From an uncultured Gammaproteobacteria bacterium (lineage in GTDB: Bacteria > Patescibacteriota > Microgenomatia > Daviesbacterales > UBA10151): DNA of 62,843 bases. The stretch covers positions 1 to 62,843 of the forward strand of contig CAZVEX010000006.1 in assembly GCA_964625535.1 (NCBI GenBank). The letters run 5' to 3'. The notes under the pieces are model-generated. The model saw only the letters and a list, made by a program, of their open reading frames with translations, had not been told where the DNA came from and made no database searches. Position 1 is the first letter of the stretch; every line of letters begins with the position of its first letter. Shown in pieces: positions 49,753 through 59,128 of this stretch. The position numbers and the translations under genes are program-made.

Positions 49753-50452
49753 AATCTTCTCTGCCGTTACTTAAGAATTCCTCTGCTTCAGATTTATCTT
49801 TTACCACATCCACTGCTCTCCAAAACCCGCCGTCTTTAAAACCTAAAAATTTTTCTTTGGGGATTTTGGGAAAAGTTTCTTTCTCATGATCCCCTTTATC
49901 CGGCAAAAGCGGTTCAATTTCTTTATTAAAAAGATAAACTCCTCCATTTATCCAATAAGGCAGCTGGGGTTTTTCCTCAAAGCCGGTGATATAATTTTGT
50001 TCATCAATCTTTACCACACCCCATCTGGAAATATAAGGCACTAAAAGCAGAGTCACCAAAGCTTTCCTGGTTAAATGTTCATTTATCATCTTGGGCAAGT
50101 CGAGTCTGGTAATAATATCTCCGTTACAAACCACCACATCATTTTCTCCGGCAATTAAAGAACTCTTGAAGGCTTTTTTAATGCCTCCACCCCGACCCAA
50201 TGGAGTCTCCTCAATAGAATAATCAATTTCTATCCCAAATTTAGATCCATCTCCAAAATAGTCTTGAACTACTTCATGTTTGTAGCTGACAGTTAAGACA
50301 AATTTGGTGATTCCGTGAGATTTTAACCATTCAATCTGCCAGGCCAAAATCGGTTTACCAGCTATCTCCACCATGACTTTGGGCCGGTCATTGGTATAAG
50401 GACGAAGCCTTTCCCCTTTTCCACCTGCTAAAATAATGGCACATTTAACCAT
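49745..50452 (-). CDS. Sugar-phosphate nucleotidyltransferase family protein
   Basis: IILAGGKGERLRPYT.DRPKVM, EETPLGRGG, CNGD, FEEKP, INGGVY; start moved to 50452. Confidence 0.9.
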   Translation of the reverse strand: MVKCAIILAGGKGERLRPYTNDRPKVMVEIAGKPILAWQIEWLKSHGITKFVLTVSYKHEVVQDYFGDGSKFGIEIDYSIEETPLGRGGGIKKAFKSSLIAGENDVVVCNGDIITRLDLPKMINEHLTRKALVTLLLVPYISRWGVVKIDEQNYITGFEEKPQLPYWINGGVYLFNKEIEPLLPDKGDHEKETFPKIPKEKFLGFKDGGFWRAVDVVKDKSEAEEFLSNGREDFS

Positions 50453-50496
50453 AAAAGATATATTATCACAAAAGACAAGTATGGTATAATAAAGAT

Positions 50497-50958
50497 ATGG
50501 CAGAAAGTACGGTGGAAATACCGACTGATCCGAAAGCCCGTTTAGTTTGGCGAATTTTGACACATTTTCCTTCAATTGGCCCGCGTCCTACCTGGTTTGA
50601 ATGTAATGGTTTTACCGAGATAAATGGTCCCCAAGTACATACAGAATATCCCACTGTGGTGGCTTTGGAAAAATTGCCTGATGGCAGAGTTATCGTTTCC
50701 AGATTTAAAACGCCTACAAGAAGGACAAAAGATCAAGTCCCGGGAATGATATATGTTTTTCAACAGGAAGAGGAATCAGGCAGATTTTTGTACAAGGTTG
50801 AGTTTAATCCGGGCGATTATGAAGGAAGAATTCAACAGGTTCGCCAAGGATTACCAACAGAACTTCAAACTTCCATTGATCTGACTCAAGTGGAAATAAA
50901 CGGACTAAATGGTGCGCTTCTTGACAGAAATCCGATAATCATCGGCAGCCAGCCATAA
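50497..50958 (+). CDS. Hypothetical protein
   Basis: 153-aa ORF with TG-TATAAT-N6-ATG leaderless promoter. Confidence 0.65.
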   Translation: MAESTVEIPTDPKARLVWRILTHFPSIGPRPTWFECNGFTEINGPQVHTEYPTVVALEKLPDGRVIVSRFKTPTRRTKDQVPGMIYVFQQEEESGRFLYKVEFNPGDYEGRIQQVRQGLPTELQTSIDLTQVEINGLNGALLDRNPIIIGSQP

Positions 50959-51018
50959 CTAGTTAAAGGACGTCTACTGGTTCTAATACCAAATTCAGAT
51001 GGAAATGGTCACCATTAA

Positions 51019-51039
51019 CTTCCACCTCGGGGGTGGAAG
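51019..51039. repeat. REP-like palindrome CACC-N5-GGTG
   Basis: CTTCCACC TCGGG GGTGGAAG; perfect 8-bp stem; intergenic. Confidence 0.65.
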
Positions 51040-51071
51040 TGTAGCTGCACCCCAGGTAACCCATAGGAAAT

Positions 51072-51099
51072 TTGACAAGTTGACAATTTGTGGTATAAT
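51072..51099 (+). promoter_or_regulatory. Consensus sigma70 promoter of the T-box operon
   Basis: TTGACA-N16-TATAAT with extended TG. Confidence 0.85.
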
Positions 51100-51105
51100 G
51101 TATTT

Positions 51106-51345
51106 ACAATTAAATAACCAAAGGCATTATCAGTGGAGTCACGATCCACGAGCCGAGGGTCAAAATACCCTACAGAAGTTAAACTGTAAAATGTAACAGA
51201 CGATGTCGCCTAGCGGAGTCGCCACTAAGAGGTCCGATAAGAAATTATCGAGACAAACAGGATGGGACCGCGGGAGGTCCTTTTTTAATGCCTCTCGTTC
51301 CTTGAATTTCACTTCATGTGGAGTTCAAAGAACGGGAGGTTTTTT
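51106..51345 (+). promoter_or_regulatory. T-box riboswitch, probably His-specific, transcription-attenuation type
   Basis: Stem I GGC..GTGGA-GTCACGA-TCCAC-GAGCC; Stem II AGGGT/ACCCT; IIA/B pseudoknot ACAG-AAGTTAAA-CTGT with GTTA/TAAC; Stem III CGATAA-GAAA-TTATCG; T-box AGGATGGGACCGCG; antiterminator AGGA/TCCT plus GCGGGAGG/CCTCTCGT. Confidence 0.85.
51291..51345 (+). terminator. Intrinsic terminator of the T-box leader
   Basis: CCTCTCGTTC..TTGAATTTCAC-TTCAT-GTGGAGTTCAA..GAACGGGAGG followed by T6. Confidence 0.9.
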
Positions 51346-51352
51346 AATAGTT

Positions 51353-52006
51353 ATGAAAACAAAGAAATTTTTAATTGCTAAAGGAAACTCCACCCTGCTT
51401 GTCTGGGATTGTCCTGAATGGAAAAAATCTCAGATTATTAAAAAGTACTTAGGAGATGTGGAACAAATTGGTTTCATTGAAGACTTCAATGGAATAAGTT
51501 CTCTTAAAATGATGGGCGGAGAACTTTGTATTAATGCCACAATTGCCTTGGCATCACAATTAGGTGCTAATGGAAAGTTAAAAACTAGTGGCCTTAATCA
51601 GGAAATTGAATTTAAGAACAAAAATAAATTTACGTATTTAAAATTCTCTCTACCATTTACTAGAGAAGGAAATATTGTTCTCTTTCCCGGTATAGGTTTT
51701 ATTTGTTCTAGTAGACTAATCTATGGTGCCAAGAAAGAATTATCTTCACTGGCTAAAAAATATTCTCTACCAGCCTTTGGATTAGTTTCTTATCAGAATA
51801 ATAAAATCACTCCCTATGTTTATGTCAGAAATACTAACTCTTTAGTTGAAGAAACCGCCTGTGGATCTGGCTCAATTGCTTACTCCATTGTCACAGGTTA
51901 CTCCAAAGTAATTCACCCAACTGGGCAGTCAGTTCTGGTGCGCCAAAGAGGCGATATCTTTATTGTAGGAGCTAAAGTTGTTAAGATAGAAGAAAACTAT
52001 GATTAA
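51353..52006 (+). CDS. DapF-fold amino-acid racemase/epimerase (CntK histidine racemase-like)
   Basis: GNSTLLV, EQIGFI, MMGGELCINA, ETACGSGS (two catalytic Cys); true start is the ATG at 51353. Confidence 0.75.
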   Translation: MKTKKFLIAKGNSTLLVWDCPEWKKSQIIKKYLGDVEQIGFIEDFNGISSLKMMGGELCINATIALASQLGANGKLKTSGLNQEIEFKNKNKFTYLKFSLPFTREGNIVLFPGIGFICSSRLIYGAKKELSSLAKKYSLPAFGLVSYQNNKITPYVYVRNTNSLVEETACGSGSIAYSIVTGYSKVIHPTGQSVLVRQRGDIFIVGAKVVKIEENYD

Positions 52007-52886
52007 AGCACCGCCGACACCAAAAGGGTTTAGAGATATCAAGCCGGAACTGGCCAAAAAACGCCGCGAGGTAATTTCAAAAATTGCTGATGTTTTAGAA
52101 CAAGAAGGCTTTGTCCCTATTGAAACCCCTACTATTGAATTTGCAGATACACTCAAGGGAAAATACGGAGAAGAAGAAAAATTGATTTATGAGTTTACGG
52201 ATAGGGGCGATAGAAAACTGGCTCTGCGCTATGATTTGACAGTTCCTTTGGCTCGATATGTGGCCACCTACAATCCTCCCCTGCCATTTCGCCGCTATCA
52301 AATTGGCCAGGTTTTTCGCGGGGAAAATCCTCAAAAAGGCAGATTTCGTGAATTTACCCAGTTTGATTTTGATTCTGTGGGATCCAATGATCCAAAAGAG
52401 GATGCTTTGATCATTGCTGCAGCAATCAAATCTTTGGAAGTTTTGGGGGTTAAAAATTTTAAGATCTTAATTAATGACAGAAATATTTTTGCCGGCCTGC
52501 CTCCTTCGATTATTCGAATAATTGACAAAATCAAAAAAATTGGTCGCGATGAAGTGGTTAATGAATTGATTAAAGCAGGTTATTCGGAAAAGGAGTTGCA
52601 AACTATTGAATCTAACGAACCAACGGAAAATTTACAAAATATATTTCAGGAACTTGAGAATTTGGGTATTTCAAAAGATAAATATCAATTCTCACCTACT
52701 CTGGCTAGAGGTTTGGATTATTATACCGGCATAATCTTAGAAGCAGAAATTGAAGAATATGGTGGAGGCTCTGTTGGAGGCGGAGGCAGATATGATAATT
52801 TAATAGGCATGTTTTCTAAAAAACAAGCTCCTGCTGTTGGATTTTCTTTTGGTCTTGATCGTCTACTGGAAATCCTCTATCCTTAA
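51999..52886 (+). CDS. hisS: Histidine--tRNA ligase lacking the anticodon-binding domain
   Basis: KGFRD, LRYDLTVPLARY, FRGENPQKGRFREFTQ, LARGLDYYTG, GGGRYD, GFSFGLDRL; stops right after motif 3. Confidence 0.88.
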   Translation: MIKAPPTPKGFRDIKPELAKKRREVISKIADVLEQEGFVPIETPTIEFADTLKGKYGEEEKLIYEFTDRGDRKLALRYDLTVPLARYVATYNPPLPFRRYQIGQVFRGENPQKGRFREFTQFDFDSVGSNDPKEDALIIAAAIKSLEVLGVKNFKILINDRNIFAGLPPSIIRIIDKIKKIGRDEVVNELIKAGYSEKELQTIESNEPTENLQNIFQELENLGISKDKYQFSPTLARGLDYYTGIILEAEIEEYGGGSVGGGGRYDNLIGMFSKKQAPAVGFSFGLDRLLEILYP

Positions 52887-52891
52887 TATAG

Positions 52892-53830
52892 ATGACTTCT
52901 GCCATTTTTACCAAGCCCTGGCCATATTTGGCACTAATACTTGCCCATATGATTTGGGGGGGTAATTTTGTGGTGGCTAAGGTAACTCTGCAGGAGTTTC
53001 CTGTCTACTCTCTGGCATTTTTAAGATTCGCCCTGGCTTCCCTGTTTTTAGCTCCATTTTTTTTAACTAATACAAAAAAGGTTAAGATTCACAAAAAAGA
53101 TATCCCAAAATTAACTTTAATCGGGGTTTTGATGATCACCTTAAACATTGCTTTTTTCTTTACCGGCATACAAAAAACCACTGCCATTAATGCCTCTGTT
53201 TTAACCTTAATTATTCCCATGTTATCGGTCCTCCTGGGCTGGTGGTTTTTAAAAGAAAAAGTCTATTTAATTAATCTGGCCGGCATCTTTGCCGGGCTTA
53301 TGGGAGCGTTAATTATTATTGGTGTGCCCAGAGCCCTTTTCGGGGATGTGTCTATTCAATCTTTAACCGGCAACTTTTTGATTATTCTGGCGTCCGTAGT
53401 TTGGGTCGCAGGAGCAATTATCTCCCGTCAAATGTTGCAAAAATATTCCTCCCTGACAGTGGTGGCCTTTGCATTCCTTATCGGGATGATCACTTTTTTC
53501 CCTCTGGCCGCTTTTGAATATCTGGAAAATCCTGGCTGGACTACTAGAGTGAGCCTGCTGGGAATTCTGGGACTTTTGTACATGACCATGCTATCATCGG
53601 TATCTGCCTATTTTCTTTTTGAATGGGGACTGGCCAAAACTTCCGTGATGATCGCGGATTTATTTCAATACATTGAGCCATTTGTAGCTACGACTTTGGC
53701 AGTCTTAATTTTATCCGAAAGCTTGTCGGTTGATTTTGGCATAGGAGCAGTGTTAATAGCTGCGGGGGTCTATCTTGGTACTTTTGCCAAAGAAGCCCAC
53801 CATAGACATCACAAGGCACATAGGATATAA
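52892..53830 (+). CDS. EamA/DMT-family transporter
   Basis: [16 protein letters not shown], ten transmembrane segments in two repeats, YIEPFVA..VLILSE; His-rich tail. Confidence 0.9.
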   Translation: MTSAIFTKPWPYLALILAHMIWGGNFVVAKVTLQEFPVYSLAFLRFALASLFLAPFFLTNTKKVKIHKKDIPKLTLIGVLMITLNIAFFFTGIQKTTAINASVLTLIIPMLSVLLGWWFLKEKVYLINLAGIFAGLMGALIIIGVPRALFGDVSIQSLTGNFLIILASVVWVAGAIISRQMLQKYSSLTVVAFAFLIGMITFFPLAAFEYLENPGWTTRVSLLGILGLLYMTMLSSVSAYFLFEWGLAKTSVMIADLFQYIEPFVATTLAVLILSESLSVDFGIGAVLIAAGVYLGTFAKEAHHRHHKAHRI

Positions 53831-53838
53831 TTGAGCGT

Positions 53839-54165
53839 ATGAAAGCTAATTTACACCCAACCTGGTATCCAGAGACCAAGGTGACTTGTGCTTGCGGCAA
53901 CACTTTTACCACCGGCTCTATTCTGCCGGAAATTCGGGTGGAAATTTGCTCCAATTGTCATCCTCTTTTTACCGGCCAGCAAAAATTTATTGACACTTTG
54001 GGACAAGTAGACAGATTTATCAAGAAAACAGAAGTTTCCCAAGTTAAAAAGGAAGAAAGAATTAGAATTCTGGAATTAAGAAAAAGCAAAAAAGAAGAAG
54101 TTAGAAAAGAACGACCCAGCCTCAAAGATCTTTTGATGCAAGCCCGCAAACAGGCAATAAGTTAG
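53839..54165 (+). CDS. rpmE: 50S ribosomal protein L31
   Basis: [30 protein letters not shown]. Confidence 0.95.
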   Translation: MKANLHPTWYPETKVTCACGNTFTTGSILPEIRVEICSNCHPLFTGQQKFIDTLGQVDRFIKKTEVSQVKKEERIRILELRKSKKEEVRKERPSLKDLLMQARKQAIS

Positions 54166-55044
54166 ATGGATTATTTAAAGCAACAAATTGATCAGATAAA
54201 TAAGCGGATTGCAGATATCAAACCATTGCTCGAAGATCCCGAGATGGCCCAGCTGGCAAGCGAGGAAATTGCCCAGTTGGAAAGACAAAAGGAAGAATTG
54301 ACGCCCAAGGTTGCAGTTGCGGAAAACGGCAGTCTGAAGACGGATAGCTGTATTCTTGAGATAAGAAGTGCTGCCGGCGGGGATGAAGCGGGAATTTTTG
54401 CCGGGGATCTCCTTAGAATGTACACAAAATTTACTCAAAATCAGGAATGGAAAGTAGAAGTACTTGATAAGTTTGTACTCAAAATTTCAGGAAAAGATTG
54501 TTATAATATGTTAAAGCATGAATCTGGTGTTCATCGAGTACAAAGAGTACCTGTTACGGAAAGTTCAGGCAGAATTCACACTTCCACGGCCACAGTGGCG
54601 GTTTTACCGGAAGTCACTTCCAGGGAAGTTTCCATTAACCCCGCCGATTTGACTTTTGAAGCTTTCAGATCTGGGGGCCACGGAGGCCAAAATGTCAATA
54701 AAGTTTCAACAGCCGTCAGACTTAAACATATCCCAACGGGAATTGTGGTAACGACCCAAACAGAACGTTTTCAGGCACAAAATAGAGAAATTGCCATGGA
54801 TCTTCTTCGCTCCAGGATTTGGCAGATGGAAGAAGAAAAAAGACAAAAAGAGATAGCGGGAAATAGAGCTTCGCAGGTTGGGATGGGAGAGAGATCGGAA
54901 AAAATCAGAACTTACAATTTCCCTCAAAACAGAGTGACCGACCACCGCCTTAACAAATCATGGCATAATTTGGAAGAAATCATGGACGGAAATCTGGAAC
55001 CGATTATTCTTACTCTGCAGGCAGCTCTCCCAATGTCGCATTGA
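54166..55044 (+). CDS. prfA: Peptide chain release factor 1 (short form)
   Basis: LEIRSAAGGDEA, HRVQRVPVTES (PxT motif), GGQNVNK, RTYNFPQNRVTDHR. Confidence 0.92.
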   Translation: MDYLKQQIDQINKRIADIKPLLEDPEMAQLASEEIAQLERQKEELTPKVAVAENGSLKTDSCILEIRSAAGGDEAGIFAGDLLRMYTKFTQNQEWKVEVLDKFVLKISGKDCYNMLKHESGVHRVQRVPVTESSGRIHTSTATVAVLPEVTSREVSINPADLTFEAFRSGGHGGQNVNKVSTAVRLKHIPTGIVVTTQTERFQAQNREIAMDLLRSRIWQMEEEKRQKEIAGNRASQVGMGERSEKIRTYNFPQNRVTDHRLNKSWHNLEEIMDGNLEPIILTLQAALPMSH

Positions 55045-56137
55045 CTTTGAGGGTTTTTCCGTCGCGCCAAATTTCCAGTTCGACATTTTGTCCGATGGAA
55101 CTCTTTTGGATAACTTCGGCAATCTTATTCTCATTTTCCATGCTCTGCCCGTTAATCTTTGTAATAATATCTCCTTCTTCAATTCCAGATTTTTGGGCGG
55201 GAGAATCATTAACTACCGACTGAATATATGCTCCCTGCGGTACTTCGTTTAAAATAGCCACATCTCTGGAGATAAATCTGTATTGAATCCCCAAAAACGG
55301 CCTGGAAACAGATCCTTTGGCCACAAACTCATCCACAATGGCCTTAACAGAATTAATAGGGATGGCAAAACCGATATTTTGCGCTCCTTCCGACACCGCC
55401 ACATTGACCCCGACCACCTGTCCGCTTGAGTTTAAAAGCGGACCGCCAGAATTGCCCGGATTGATGGCCGCATCTGTTTGAATTAAGTTATCCAAAGATT
55501 CCAGACCCCCCCAAAAAGGATCGCCCGCCACCACTCTTCTGCCTAACCCGGATACTACCCCCGTGGTAACAGTGTTGGTAAATCTACCCAGGGCATTGCC
55601 GATGGCAATGACGGTTTGGCCTACTTTAAGCTTGCTTGAATCCCCCAGTTCCAAAGCTTTCAAATCAGACGCCTCAATTTGGACCAGGGCCAAATCAAAA
55701 ATCGGATCCCGGTAAATTCTTTTAACCTCATACTTTTGTTCATCTTTGGTTACTACGGAGTATTTGGTGCCGGTATCGGCCACCACATGCTTATTTGTCA
55801 CAATGATGCCTCGCTCCGACACCACAAATCCCGTGCCAATGGTAGCGTCTTCTTTGCGCGGCAGTGAAAAAGGATCAAAGGGATTGACCACCCGCCGGCT
55901 CACTCCAATTGCCACCACAGAAGATGAGGTTTTCTCCACCGCGGAAATGACAACGTTTTCCTCTTTTAGAATTGTTCTTGTTTCTTCGGGAGGCTTTGGG
56001 AATTCAATACCCTTGCCGGGGATAAATCCCCGAATTTGAGCCTGATAAAGCCCTATGGCCACTATCATCCCCGCGGCCACAGCCAGCACCAGACTGGAGA
56101 GTTGTATTTTTGGTAATTTGAAATTTGATTGGTCCAT
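55010..56137 (-). CDS. HtrA/DegP-family serine protease with PDZ domain
   Basis: TNKHVV, DLALV, QTDAAINPGNSGGPL, C-terminal PDZ. Confidence 0.95.
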   Translation of the reverse strand: MDQSNFKLPKIQLSSLVLAVAAGMIVAIGLYQAQIRGFIPGKGIEFPKPPEETRTILKEENVVISAVEKTSSSVVAIGVSRRVVNPFDPFSLPRKEDATIGTGFVVSERGIIVTNKHVVADTGTKYSVVTKDEQKYEVKRIYRDPIFDLALVQIEASDLKALELGDSSKLKVGQTVIAIGNALGRFTNTVTTGVVSGLGRRVVAGDPFWGGLESLDNLIQTDAAINPGNSGGPLLNSSGQVVGVNVAVSEGAQNIGFAIPINSVKAIVDEFVAKGSVSRPFLGIQYRFISRDVAILNEVPQGAYIQSVVNDSPAQKSGIEEGDIITKINGQSMENENKIAEVIQKSSIGQNVELEIWRDGKTLKVNATLGELPAE

Positions 56138-57309
56138 TACTCTAATAATTCCAAAGCTTTATCCAATTGCGGATCCTTGGTTGAATCTTCCTTATCTCCC
56201 TCTATTTTAACATCCGGTTCCAAACCCTGGGTCTCATTAACCCATCTGCCGTTGGGAGTAAGCCACTTTGCCACCGTAATGTGAATTCCTGTCCCCTTAG
56301 GAAGATCTTGGGTTTCCTGAATGGTGCCTTTGCCAAAAGATTTCTCCCCTACCACCTTGGCCCTGCCCCGATCCTGCAGCGCTCCGGCCACAATTTCCGA
56401 AGCGGATGCGGAACCTTTGTTAATTAAAACTATCAGGGAAAGATCAAACAACTGACCTTTTCTGTTAACCTTAAAGGCTTGTTTTCTCCCCTGGCCGTCT
56501 TCCTGCAAAACCACGTCTCCGCCATCCAAAAACTCTGAGGAAACAAAGACCGCACCGTCAAGATATCCCCCGGGATTATTTCGAACATCCAAAATAATCC
56601 CTTGGGGACGCTTTGATAAAATATCAGAAACGGCCTCTGTCCATTCCGATCTGGTCCGCTCCGAAAAACGGGAAAGCTTTAAAACTGCCACATTTTTGCC
56701 GGATTTGGTCTTTTTGTATTTAAGCTCCACGCTTTTAACCAAAATAGTATCTCTTATCAGGGTAAATGTTCTGGTTTCCTCTTCTTCCTCCCTAGCAATA
56801 ACCAGTTCAACCTTAGTCCCTTTTTCTCCCCTTATTAATTTAACCGCTTCAGCCAAGGTCATGCCCGCGGTGTCTGTGTTGTCAATTTTGATAATCCAAT
56901 CCCCTGGTTTAATTCCTGCTTTCTCTGCCGGCATACCGGAAAGCGGAGCAATCACCACCAATTTTTTCTCCTCGTTAAAACCCAGCTGAATACCCACGCC
57001 TTCAAAAGTGCCGCCCAATTCTTCTTTGGAAGCTTTTTGCACTTCCGGCGGCAGGAAAAATGTGTAGGGATCACCTGCCGCAGACACCATGCCGGAAATG
57101 GCGCCATAAAATAATTTGTCCGTATCCAGAGTTTCCCTTTCCAGATAATCTCTGGAAAGCAAATTCCAGGTATCCCAAAACAATTTAAAATCAACATTGA
57201 TATTTTTGGGGGGATCGTTATCGACCTGCCCCAGTTTCCAACCGATGACAAACGTTAGTATTACAATCAAAACAATTCTTAAATTTATCCGGAGAAAAAA
57301 ATTTTTCAT
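56137..57309 (-). CDS. ctpA: S41 carboxy-terminal processing protease
   Basis: DPYT, PDZ, LDVRNNPGG, SASASEIVAGAL, SFGKGTIQ, GLEPD. Confidence 0.92.
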   Translation of the reverse strand: MKNFFLRINLRIVLIVILTFVIGWKLGQVDNDPPKNINVDFKLFWDTWNLLSRDYLERETLDTDKLFYGAISGMVSAAGDPYTFFLPPEVQKASKEELGGTFEGVGIQLGFNEEKKLVVIAPLSGMPAEKAGIKPGDWIIKIDNTDTAGMTLAEAVKLIRGEKGTKVELVIAREEEEETRTFTLIRDTILVKSVELKYKKTKSGKNVAVLKLSRFSERTRSEWTEAVSDILSKRPQGIILDVRNNPGGYLDGAVFVSSEFLDGGDVVLQEDGQGRKQAFKVNRKGQLFDLSLIVLINKGSASASEIVAGALQDRGRAKVVGEKSFGKGTIQETQDLPKGTGIHITVAKWLTPNGRWVNETQGLEPDVKIEGDKEDSTKDPQLDKALELLE

Positions 57310-58448
57310 ATCAACTCCACATTAGCGCCGGGAATCTTTATTTTCCTTCTTTTGGTTTCCACCGTTAATAAACAGGCATAAATTCCGGAAGGCAGCTGTG
57401 TCTCGGTTTTATCAATAGCTACCACTTTTCCCTGCTCCGACGCGAAAGAATTACCCACTACTCTAATTTTGCTTCCCAATCCAACCTCCGTCTCTTTGGT
57501 TCTTCGATCTTCCGTCAAAGTTAAGCTATCCTGCAGTCGGGGCAGTTTGGTATTTCTGACCCGGGTCATGGAGCTTGACTCAAAAGAAGGAAGGTTTATT
57601 ATAGCATGATTGCCGTCCAGCAACGCAAACTTTCCATTATATTTTTGTAAAACCTCATAAATATCCTCGCCAAGAGGCGCCGGCCCAAAACCCTCACAAA
57701 CAATCACGGAAATACCAATGTCCGTTTCCAGTTTCTTTGGAAAAATCAACCGCCCTCCGACCATTCCCTTGTAATCTTTACTATTGATACCGCCCGTAAT
57801 AATGCCGGAAACGCCAGAAGAAATAGCTTTGGAGATTGCCTCTTTATAAATCAGGCTTCCCCCCACTAAAATTTGATCGGAATCCGTGGCGAATATTTTT
57901 GACTCCCCTATCATCTCATCCCTACTGCCAACAAAATTTAATATTCCGTCTCTGCTTCTGCCGGTACCGAACATGCCGTAAATTCTACTGATCTGAGTTG
58001 CGATGATCATGTCGCCGCGCGCGGGATCAACTTCTTCCACTACTCCATAAACTGCCGCTGGCAGATCGACTTTTTTTGGCAAAAAGTTAAGCCGCAACTC
58101 ACCTGTGAGTTCGTTAAAAAATTCCAAAATCCCGTCCGAAGGGGAAATAACAATTTTTTTCCCCCCAAAAAAAGACTGATTTTTGTAAGCCAGAAGCTCT
58201 CCTTTGTAAATTTTTTGGCCTACCTCTCTTTTGAGATATTTTTTAACTTCCTTTGGCGAAACAGAAAGGCTCTTGGATAAATTGAAAGTCCTAAAGCCGG
58301 GAGAAACCTCGCAACTCCCGACAATGTCATCGGGAGAAACTTCCTGCCCCGCCGACACATTAAGCTGACCCCTTGCTTTTAAGCTCCGATGTACCCTGGC
58401 AATAACGTCTTTTTCCACCCGCAATCTTTTTAAAGCTTTCGGTTTCAT
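57306..58448 (-). CDS. Conserved hypothetical protein with barrel-sandwich-hybrid-like repeats and C-terminal KOW-like region
   Basis: LNVSAGQEVSPDDIVG, GQKIYKGELLA, GIITGG, VIVCEGFG. Confidence 0.7.
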   Translation of the reverse strand: MKPKALKRLRVEKDVIARVHRSLKARGQLNVSAGQEVSPDDIVGSCEVSPGFRTFNLSKSLSVSPKEVKKYLKREVGQKIYKGELLAYKNQSFFGGKKIVISPSDGILEFFNELTGELRLNFLPKKVDLPAAVYGVVEEVDPARGDMIIATQISRIYGMFGTGRSRDGILNFVGSRDEMIGESKIFATDSDQILVGGSLIYKEAISKAISSGVSGIITGGINSKDYKGMVGGRLIFPKKLETDIGISVIVCEGFGPAPLGEDIYEVLQKYNGKFALLDGNHAIINLPSFESSSMTRVRNTKLPRLQDSLTLTEDRRTKETEVGLGSKIRVVGNSFASEQGKVVAIDKTETQLPSGIYACLLTVETKRRKIKIPGANVELI

Positions 58449-59116
58449 TTTTTTTGATTCCTGGCGTCTATAAACAGCCCCACTCTCCCACCGTATACTT
58501 CAATTGCGCTTTCCTCTTTGCCTAAAATTTTGCCTTTGTTAAATTTATAGGCGATCTGACAACGGTTGGCAGGACAGGGAATAACCATCAGAGAACCGGA
58601 GCGAACTTTGTAAGATTGGTTTCCCAGTTGAAGCTCCAGCACCCCGTTTCGGTCGCTAAATTGGGGGAGAAGCACTGAACCGACTGTCTCGTCTATTTCG
58701 CCCGTTAAAATAATTGTCCAAAGATCTTCAAAAAAATCTTCTCTTTTTCTCTCCAGTAAAAAAGCGTCAACAAAAGCCCAGATTAAAGTTGTCATGTTGG
58801 GAATAAACCGCAAAAAATTTGAAGGAATCAGTATTTTGCGAAGCATAACGTTTAAAAAGGTATTGTCTCCCAAGAAAGGACCGGCTCCCTTTAAATTCTT
58901 AGGCGCGTTTTGCCTTAATGCCTCGCGCAAAATGGCCAGATCCAGCTCCAAATCGGTCTTGGTTAAAGGCAAAGTTTGAGGGTATAAAATTTTGTTGGCC
59001 AGATAATTTTCCAGGGCAACTTCGTTTGGAGCGGCTTTAAGCCAGCGGGCAATGTCTTCAACCGCAATTTGATCAAGATTATCGAAGCTATCAAACAATC
59101 CACTCCCCAAGGGCAT
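58445..59116 (-). CDS. Hypothetical protein resembling the GlmL (glutamate mutase L) family C-terminal region
   Basis: NYLANKILYPQTLP..DLAILREAL and terminal GGRVGLFIDAR. Confidence 0.5.
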   Translation of the reverse strand: MPLGSGLFDSFDNLDQIAVEDIARWLKAAPNEVALENYLANKILYPQTLPLTKTDLELDLAILREALRQNAPKNLKGAGPFLGDNTFLNVMLRKILIPSNFLRFIPNMTTLIWAFVDAFLLERKREDFFEDLWTIILTGEIDETVGSVLLPQFSDRNGVLELQLGNQSYKVRSGSLMVIPCPANRCQIAYKFNKGKILGKEESAIEVYGGRVGLFIDARNQKK

Positions 59117-59128
59117 ACTTTAAGTTTA

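Noticed and set aside
51265-51286. Short hairpin GGACC/GGTCC plus T6 as the main terminator
   Set aside because: The longer downstream hairpin overlaps the antiterminator 3-prime strand as in canonical T-boxes; the short one may be a secondary pause or termination site.
51203-51352. N-terminal 50 codons of ORF 51203..52006
   Set aside because: They are the T-box leader read in frame by chance; the fold homology begins at the ATG at 51353.
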